Source: Geosiphon pyriformis uo1
Lineage: Eukaryota > Fungi > Glomeromycota
Length of the DNA: 64,000 nt
Assembly: GCA_016748015.1 (NCBI GenBank)
Contig: JAAOMT010000003.1
Span: forward strand, 1,182,373-1,246,372
Direction of reading: 5' to 3'
The notes beneath the pieces are model-generated. The model was not told the origin of the DNA. It saw only the letters and a program-made list of their open reading frames with translations, and ran no database searches. The first letter of the stretch is position 1; every line of letters begins with the position of its first letter. The position numbers and the translations under genes were made by a program. Shown in pieces: positions 54,657 to 64,000 of this stretch.

Positions 54657-56520
54657 CTATTTTGACACTCTTCTCGTCTTTGTCAAATACTTTTCGATTT
54701 CTTCTTTTGTTGAGTGGTATTCATGTGCAGTACGTTTGCGGGCATCTCGCTCAATCTCCACAGCATATCTTAACGCATCCAATAATGCCCTCCCCTCATC
54801 TTTTTTTGATAAGGAGTTGCAATAAACTAAATAAAAGTAAATCTTTTTCTTAGTCAAAAATTCTTTTTTTTTCTTGATATCGTCATGTTGCTTAGTGGAT
54901 GAAGGGCGAAGCTGTTTCTTGGATCCTGTTGAAGGAATTTTATCTTGAAAAGACTGGAAAATTTTTCCCTTTTTGGAATTGTTAGCATCTTGAAAAACTC
55001 GATAAAGCTCAGATAATGCAATCAGGACGTTGTTAAAAGATGAGAGGATACATAAGAGATCTTTAAGAACTATGAGAAAAAATTCGGGTGGCTGCTTATA
55101 TGGTGATTTCTGAAAAACAAAGGTCAAGAAATTTAAATGATCCTCAATCATAGGGAAGATTAATCAAAAAATTACCTCTAGAGCATTCTGCAAATTTGCT
55201 GCGATAGCTTCGGAAACGTTCTCATAAACAAAAGAAGTGTTAGAATTGAGGATGAAAGAAAGATCCCAGAGAATGGTGGCAGTTTCTTCAGGATTTTCAT
55301 AAATCTCCCCATTTAAATACCGGCATGTATGAGCGAAGGCGTATCTGTATTGTATAAGAACTTGCTAAGAATTCAGAAATTTGAAAATGGTGAAGAATTT
55401 ACAAATCAAGACTTTTCAATTTATAAAGCACTTGGCAAAATTTTATCTTGTAATATAAAAAGGATACAATATATTCACCAAATTAAATAATATATCGGGA
55501 TTTGGTGGGATCCTGGTTAACTCCTCTAAATTTTGGATGTTCTGCAAAATTTTTAATTGACAATTTGGGAAGTTTAAACCATTTCCCCCCTTAATCTCTT
55601 CAAAGTCTTCTTGTTCCACCATTTGAACTTTTGAGCTTCGAATATCAGATTCATAGTTCTGATTTTCCTCCCACCAAGGCTTCCACAGCTGTACTTCCTC
55701 TACCAGTACCGTCCCCAAATCCCCCAGTTTGCCTGTTAATGAAATTTGCTCAAACTCACGCTCCATTTTTTCTCGTTCTAGTGATGTCAATTGACTCCAT
55801 ATGGTCTCAAAAGATGCATTTTCTTGAGAATTTGACATACATAAGAAAGAGCTTAGGTAAAGCAAAAAACACGGTGAGAAGTATATAGATATCAATTGCA
55901 TTACCAATATCCAAGTGTTCAAAGCGTTCCGCAATATCTATCAATCAGAATATTGAATCTTATAAAATAGTAATTACTATTCATAAATTATTAGCTGAGA
56001 AACCCAATTACCTTGATCATTATTCTCATTCTCAATCCCTTCCATTATTGCTGTTTCTGCTGTCAATTCATCACCCCTCTGTTCAAATTTTTGTAAGATT
56101 TCGAACATTCTTCGTTTTTGAAAATCATCCACCTCCTTGTTCTTGATTTCTTCAATGATATTATTCTTATAAAACATCTCAGTACAGTTTAGATGATTCT
56201 TTGAAAGACAAATGGAAAAATCAGAGGTGATGATTTAAAAAAAAACAAAAAATTCAAATTTACTCATGGAGTTACATCATGTTTGTAGCATCCCAAGGAG
56301 CAGTATAAAAGGTTACATCTCGGGCAGATATACCTGGAAAACTGTATTTTACAGCTGTGAAAAATAAGTAACAGAATTTCGTGAGGTGGGTGAAATTGAC
56401 ACCCTTATATTTTTTCACTTTATGTTTGTTTCGCCATAAAACCTACATTCCACATAACTTTAATTCTTTATTTTCGATATCATTCTCGGTATCGAGAGCG
56501 ATGTTCAGAAGGCTTGTCAT
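54657..56520 (-). CDS. Zinc finger HIT domain protein, ZNHIT2-like (multi-exon)
   Basis: Spliced 'CGICKIQFSRYICPRCNLLYCSLGCYKHD-NHLNCTEMFYK', 'LWKPWW', 'NLVNILYAFAHTCRYLNGE', 'KKIYFYL'. Confidence 0.85.
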
Positions 56521-57814
56521 GTTTTCTTGGTCGCTTGACAATCTCAAAATTCTATTTCAACTAGAATGTGTAATTTTAGTCTTGCATTGCTTTTTTGTTT
56601 GTTTGTTATTTGCTTTCACATGCATATCGGGAAATTTATCTTTAGATCATTACTGTTAATCTGGAAGAAATGAATCTATAATTTTAATTATTCGTGTATA
56701 CATATTTTGCTTATGCGAATGTAGCCCAAACACAATTTACTGTATTAATGCGTATACATGCCTAAAGTAAACGTGAATCACCCTATATTTAAAATAATAA
56801 TAATAATAATAATAATACACAACATAATTATAAAATTGGAAAATTTGAAAAGCATTATTCTACGATTAATATAACATATCTAATTAAAATATTTTTTATT
56901 TAAACAAAAAAATAAACTTATTTGAAATAATTTCTTAAATCAATCTTTATATACAAATTGTTTTATTATTTAAAAAAATGTAAAATATATAAACTATAAA
57001 TTAATTATGATTTATTTTATTGAATTATTAAAAAAAATTGTTTGATTAATAATATGCATATTAAATATTTAAATTTGTGTATTTATAATATTATGTATTT
57101 AAATAAATTATTTATTTATATTTTTATGTTTTTTTATTACAATAATAAAAATTTATGTTTTCAGTATTTTTATAAAAAAAACCTGTGTTTATTTAAAAAT
57201 ATTATATAATATTTAATAGTTTAGAATAATATTATTTTTGTAATTTATTTTTTATTAAAAATATGCAATTTATTTTTGATATTAAATTATATATGTTTAA
57301 AATTTACAAAGTAAATAACTTTTAAGTTATTTATTTTAGTTTAAAAAATATTGGTTTATTCAAAATTTTAGTATTTATTAATAAGTTAATTAAAAACTTT
57401 GGTGTTATACCTTATTTTTTAAACTTAAATTTGGATGTAAGTATGATGATATATTATTGTTTATATTAACCAAATTATATGTTATAATATTGATTCTTAT
57501 GAGTATTTTAATATTAACTATGATAATAATTAATTTAAACAATCAAATATTTTTAAATATTTGTTTAAATAAAATATAGTTACTTGTTTTTAACTTTTAT
57601 AATAATTATTAAATAAAATATTAATATATAAGCAGTATACTGTTTAATAAAAATATTTTTATAAAATAATTTAAGATTAAAAAGTATTTTAATATTTTAA
57701 TTAATATTAAAAAAAAATTTTATTGGCTAGTAACAAAATAGTTTTTGGTAATATTTGTTATTTTATTAGAACTATATATAATATAATTAAATAAATTTGG
57801 TAAAAAATAGATTT

Positions 57815-58691
57815 TAGTATTAAAATTATTAATTCTTTAATATTTATGTTATTAATTTTATTTTGTTATTAATTTTATTGTTAATAGAAATTATTAAATC
57901 TTTAATAAGCCAATTTATTTTTAAAGTATTTTTTTATACTTTAGACTATTTATATTATTAAATTTATGATAAAATAACCAATTTTGTATTAATTATTTTG
58001 TGTAATTATTTTGCAATAAAAGCCAACTTTTTTACAAAAAATTTTAATTGTAAATTTTTTAATAATATGTAGTTATTTTGTAGAAAAAATTAATCTTTTT
58101 ACAAAAAATTTTGATTATAAACTATTTAATAATATATATATATATAATTAAAATAAAAAAATATATAAAAAAAAGTATTTTTTATTCAGACTTAAAATTA
58201 ATTAAGTTACTAAAATTAATATCTAATTAATTTTAAAATATTAATTAGAATTTATAAATTTTAACAATAATAATTATAAAAAAGTTTGGTTTTTAAAATA
58301 GATTTTATTTAATTATTTTCTAAAAATTTTTTTTTAAAAAAAGCTTTTTTACACATATTTATTATAGTAATATTCTATAAATTAGTATTTTTTTTTGCTA
58401 ATATTTTAGTAAATTAAAAGTATATTTTAACAAATTACAAATTATTTTTATAAATTATTAATTATTTTAATAAACTATTAAATATTTTAAATTCTTAAAT
58501 ATTATATAGTTTAAAATAATTTAATTTAATTATACTTATGTATTATACAAATTAAGTAATTAATTAAATAATAATAATTAATAATTTGATTAAAATAATA
58601 AATAATAATTGAAATAATAATGTTTATTAATTAATAAAAATTATAAAAATAATTTTATGCTAATTAATAATTTAATTTTTTATTTAATAAT
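57815..58691 (-). mobile_element. Highly eroded LTR of the Gypsy-A family
   Basis: Colinear with 14783-15709 but almost devoid of G/C. Boundaries are approximate. Confidence 0.75.
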
Positions 58692-59031
58692 ATTATTTTG
58701 TTTTAATATTTTAAAAATATCTTATTAATAAGATAATATTAACTTTATATTTTGGCTATTAAAAACTTATTAAAAATAGACTAAATAAACAATAATTAAT
58801 TAATAAAAACATATTTTTCTAATTAAAAATAATTACTTGTAAAAACTATATTTAGCTTTTTTGTTATTAAATTGCTTATAAAATTTTCAATTTTTAATTA
58901 TAATAATTATATTATCTATTTTAATATTATTATTAAACATATTATAGTTATCTGTTATTTTTTAAGTTAAAAAAACTAAATTAAAATTTAATTTATTTAT
59001 ATATATAAAATTTAACAAATTAAATCAAATT

Positions 59032-59590
59032 TTGCTTTTCTTTATGTATCTCACAGGTGTTGGCTTCTTGTATCTCTGAGGTTGAAATTGGTGTTGCTCT
59101 GTGTAAAGGCTTTGTTTTCAATGACTGGTTTCGGAAGTCTGTCTTGGTTTTTAAAAATTCTAAGAAAGACACTAAAAGGATTGTGGGCTTTGTGTGTGAG
59201 TTTTGTCTTGTATTTTGGGATAACATCTGGTTGGTCCATGCCAAACACCGGGCGTTTATGGAGAGGTGTGGTTTGATTTCACGTGATAGATCTGTTCCCA
59301 TGTCGATTTCTGGTTTGCCTGTGATATTTTTGGCTGGTGTAATTAGGCTGTTGGATATTGCTGAGGCTTTTGGTATTAGTTTCATGTTTCGCAAGCTTTG
59401 TTCATTCTTTTCAAGTATTGGGAACACAGTCTCTGTGCATATAGGTGTGTAATGTTGTCTTGACTGGCTCAAGTGGCTGGACATGTATAGAAAGTGCATG
59501 ATTCACACCTAGTTTAGATTATTTGTATGATATATAGTGCTAGATAGTGTTTGGACCTCACTCGTAAAATAATAATAATAATAATAATAA
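59032..59590 (+). mobile_element. LINE-c: short 5'-truncated LINE (ORF2 C-terminus, 3'UTR, (TAA)n)
   Basis: ORF 59057-59452 is homologous to 49250-49633 (both end 'IGV*'). (TAA)n tail and a 10-bp TSD AAATCAAATT (59022-59031/59591-59600). Confidence 0.92.
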
Positions 59591-59639
59591 AAATCAAATT
59601 ATAAAATTTTAACTTGTATTAATTCTAAATTAAAATATT

Positions 59640-61765
59640 TATAATTAAATAATTATTTATGACTTTTTTTTTTTAATTTTATAATTATAAATAAAACAAA
59701 GAGTAAAATTTCAACTATTTTTTTTTATAATAACTAATAAAATTTTAATAAAAGACAGTTTTTTTGTTATTAAAGCAGTTAAATAAAACATTTTAGCTTA
59801 AATATTAATAATAATAAACTATTTTTGGTAGTTTTTAAAACATTTTTTTTATCTTTAACTAATAGTTTTTTTCTAGTTAAGATTTTTTCAAGAAATACAC
59901 TTAAATTAATTATAGTATTGTTTTTGTTTTTTTTAAAAGCTTTAAAGTTTTTAATAACAGATTAGTTAACAAGTTAATTTTTTTGTTTTTATTATTAATA
60001 TTATTACTATTATTTTGCAAATAGTCAAAAAAATCAAAAACTTAAAAAAACAGCAATAGTTACTTGTATCTACTATTATTATACTGAATTTTTTTGTAAT
60101 TTCAAATAAAATTTTGGATAAAATCTTTCTAATAACAATAATAATATATTTTCCAAAATAAACCAAAATTAACTATTAGTTATATTGTTAAATATGATAT
60201 TTTTTAGCAAATTATTATTAGTTTTAAAAGCAAAACAACTTATTAAGTCTTTTAATTTTAAAAATTAAACTAATTACATAAAAATTAAAGCAATTTTTTT
60301 ATTTTTATTTTTATTTTCTGGTGCTGTTTTTAATTATTAAAGATTTTTTGAATAGATAATTTTTACTCAAATGTTTAATATTATTTTTAAGATTAAATTG
60401 GTTTTTATTTATTTTTTATTTTATTTGCTATTTGGTTTTATTGGGTTTAAATTAAGTTTAAAAAACAATATTAAGTTGTTTTATGTAAATTTTGTTTTTA
60501 AAACTTCTTTAATTATAGTTATTAATGTCTTTATTAATAATTTTTTTTTAATTACATATAAGATTGCAAAATCTTTTGTAATAGTTTTTAATTCTCTTTT
60601 TTTTTATTTCTGTTATATTTTATAATATTTTTCTTAGTACATCTTTTAATAATATCAAAAATATTTTGATGTGTTTAGTGTTATTATTTTTATAAAATTA
60701 AAACCTATTGATTTGTAATAATATATTATTATAACTTTTAAGAACTTTTTTTTTTGCTGTTGTTGCTTTTAATAATTAATTTGTATTAATAAAAAAACAG
60801 TATTTAGATCTTTTTTTTCAATTAAAAAAATATTATTATTTTATATAATATTTTTTGATTCTCTAATTTTTATTATTATTAATACTTTATTATTATAATA
60901 TTTAACTCTCATAAATTTTTAAATCTTGCTAATATAAAAACTAATACTCTATATAAATATTATATTTGGTAAAAAACTTTTAAGTATTATTATTATTACA
61001 AATATTAAAGTTTAAATTATTTGTCTGTTGATTACAAGATATTATTATTTCTTTTTTTGAGATTATTTGTTAAGTTTTCTGTTAGTTTTAAGTTTTTTAT
61101 ATTAAAACTTTTGTTTTTTTGGCATTTTTTTTGTTGTTTTTTTATTGTGTTTGCTGTTAATTTTGTTTTTAAATTTAAACTAAATTATTTAAAATTTCAG
61201 ATTTTAAGTTTGGCTACTTTATTTAAATTTGTTGTAAAGCTTATTGGCTCTTTGGTTATTTTAATTACTATTTTTTTAAATAAAAATACACAGAAAATTT
61301 TTGGATAAAAAAAATTTGTTTTTTATAATTATTGTTTTTAATAATTTTGCTAATTTTTTGGTTAATGTTTTTAAAAACATTATTTATCTTAAATTTAAGA
61401 TAAAATTGGTCACATAAACTATAATAAAATGTTAATTATTAAAATTTTTTTTAAGTAAGAATATTATTAAATATATAATTATTTTATAATATATATTACA
61501 TTTTAATACCAAAAGTAATATTAAAAAAACTAAATTGTTTTTTAGTGAATTTATTTTTAATAGTTAAAATATGAATAATATTATTGAAAAAATCAATAAA
61601 CTGGATTTATTTTTAGTTTTTTCTAATTTAGTTTGACTTAATATGAATTAAAGTTTATATCTAATTATATGTAAAAAATATATAAACTATTTTTAATTTG
61701 TGTTATTTAATTTAATTTATAATATTAATTTATAATTAAATTATATATTAAACTTAATAATAATA
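59640..61765 (+). mobile_element. ORF1-only LINE derivative, copy 2 (highly eroded)
   Basis: Colinear with 23760-26036 (e.g. AAAGTTTTTAATAACAGATTAGTTAACAA vs AAAGTGTTTAATAATAGACTAGTTAACAA; 'LSVDYK' vs 'LAVDCK'). Ends in a 3'UTR remnant plus TAA repeats. Confidence 0.7.
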
Positions 61766-61799
61766 AAAATTTATAATTTAAACTCAATTTTTATAAGTT

Positions 61800-62485
61800 A
61801 AGTATTAAATTAAAAAAAGTTATTTTAATTTTTTTAAAGTTTTTATTATTATTATTAATTAGAAAAAAACTATATAATAAAAATTATTAAATATTTTGTG
61901 TATTTAATATAATAAAATAAATTTTTAGATTATTGTTTTATTTACAATAAGTTTATAACTTGTATAAATTTAAATATATTATTAATGTTTTAATTTTAAT
62001 ATTAAAAATTATTAATAATAGTTTATATATAATTTTGTACAAAGATTTTGTGTTTGATAATTAGTTAATTAAGACTAATTTTGTTTTTAAAAATACAAAA
62101 ACTGCTATATTAAAATTATTTATTTGTTTAAAATATTATTATTAATTATAAAAAGCATATTTATAAAAAAAAGTTTATTAAAGATTAATAATTTATTATA
62201 TGTAGTTATTTATAGTTTATTTGCTGTTTTATATAATAATATTATATGTTTACTTAAATTAAAAAAGATTATAATATAAAATTTAATTTAAAAAAAGATT
62301 ATTTTTTTAATTTGTTTAAAAAATTTAATTATAATTGGCCCAAATAGTTAATTTAAATAGCTAATTATATATAAAAAATATATAAATTATACTTAATTTA
62401 AAATATTAAAATATTGTATTATATTAAATAGCAAGTTTTACATATTAAACAACAACAACAACAACAATAATAATAATAATAATAA
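61800..62485 (+). mobile_element. Eroded LINE 3' remnant with a (CAA)n(TAA)n tail
   Basis: AAAGATTTTGTGTTTGATAATTAG matches LINE-c 'KGFVFNDW'. Tail at 62450-62484. Confidence 0.6.
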
Positions 62486-62899
62486 GTTAATATCTTTAAT
62501 TTGTAATTAGTAAATTAAAATATATTATTTGCTTAAATTAAAATTTAAAAAACAAACTAATAAAAAAATAGTTAAAATTTTTATAAAAATATAAACCAAA
62601 AATATTTAACTTATATAATAATAATAATTAATAAAAACACATATTTTTATTTAATTTTATTTATTTATTGGTTTTTAGACTATAAAAAATGCAAAAAACA
62701 GTTAAAAAAATATTTTAACACTTTTTTTTAAGTTTATTTTTAAGTTTATTTTTAATATATCTTTGTTTTAAAAGTTAAACACAATAAATATTTTTGTTAT
62801 AAACATAATTAAAAAATAATATAAAAAAATTTATTTTAAAAAAATATTATTAAATTTAATTTTAATAAAGCAAACAAAAAGACCAAAAAACTTGCTATT

Positions 62900-64000
62900 G
62901 AAATATTGATATTAATTTTTTTTTTATTAATATAAATATAAAGATATTTAAATAATAAATTACATATAATAAATATATAAATCATATTAAAAATATTTAG
63001 TTTGTTTTTATATATTAAATATTTTAATAAAAAAAAATGAAAATACTAGATTTAGTAGTCTTTTTAAGAAGTTTGTATTTTAAAACAATAAAATAAGCAG
63101 TTTTATAATATTATTAATAATTAATTAAATATTAAAGATATAAAAATATTTTTTTAATATATTAATTATTAATATTTCCAATTTAATTATAATTAATCTC
63201 TCATAAATTTTTAATTTTGGTTGTATAATAATAATATTGTATTAAAGATTTTTTATTAATATTAAAATATAAGTTTTTTCTTAAATTCTAATTATTATTG
63301 TGTATTTATATAATTTTTTTCAAAAATTTATTTGTTGTTATTAAAATTTTTTTTGAAATTTTTTTTACAATTGTTTAAAATATTTTTCTAATCTAAAATA
63401 TAAAATATTAATAATATTTTAATGCTTTTTTTAATTTTAACAATAATATTTTTTTTAATTAATAATAATATGAATAATTTTGATTAAAAATTATTTTTTT
63501 AACAGATTTAGCTAATAAATAATAGTTTTATTCAATGAATAATACAAGTAAGTTTTTAATATTTTTATTATAATAATTTAATTTTTAATATTAATTTTTA
63601 ATTTTTTTAATTTGATAGTTTATTTGAATATTTATTAAAAATAAATACTAAAAAATAATTAATATAAATAATTAAAGATAATAATTAAAAAAATTAAAAG
63701 ATAATTTTTTTAATATTAAATTATTATATTTATATTTGTAGTTTTATAAAAAAATATATTAAAATAGTTTATTTTTAATATTTTAACATAGTATTTTTTA
63801 TTACTATATTATAATATTAACTGCTATTATAAAATAATACTTATTGTTAATATTATTTAATAATAATTATTATATTAATTATTAATTTTTTAAGATTATT
63901 GTATTATATTATGATTAAATAATTTATATTATTTTATAATTTTTATTAAATCTTAAATTTTAATAGTAAATATTTTATTAGCTAAAAACACATAATTTTT
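62900..64000 (-). mobile_element. Eroded gag region of another Gypsy-A-family copy (runs off the window)
   Basis: 63500-63560 is nearly identical to 31660-31720, and the region is colinear with ~31000-32200. Confidence 0.75.

Noticed and set aside
56800-57800. AT-rich tract as a specific element (also 9600-10300 and 62500-62900)
   Set aside because: Probably terminally eroded TE DNA, but no motif or homology could be supported by eye.

Overview
Eukaryotic, very AT-rich fungal DNA. Short introns and the transposon repertoire suggest an early-diverging fungus, probably Glomeromycotina (Geosiphon-like); this is inferred and not verified. There are two compact, CpG-retaining gene islands: GPI1/PIG-Q, an M50B-like peptidase and KRI1 (1-9.4 kb), and an RNF115/126-like RING-H2 ligase plus a ZNHIT2-like gene (52.4-56.5 kb). 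Between them, about 41.5 kb resolves from target-site duplications (TSDs) and rejoinable reading frames into one nested transposon stack. An old LINE contains a Ty3/gypsy element (A, 10992-49945). Element A contains a chimeric gypsy (B, which holds a solo LTR), a hAT transposon (which holds an ORF1-only LINE derivative), a captured gene-like fragment, and a younger LINE (which holds a near-complete gypsy, C). More eroded TE remnants fill 57-64 kb. Most notable: (i) the gypsy elements carry a Cys-rich domain plus a dUTPase between protease and RT, and a conserved non-membrane third ORF in the env position; (ii) a HAL1-like ORF1-only retroelement shares the LINE 3' stem-loop and (TAA)n tail; (iii) repeats show C>T/G>A transition hypermutation that increases with nesting age. 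All coordinates were read by hand, and those of degenerate elements are approximate.
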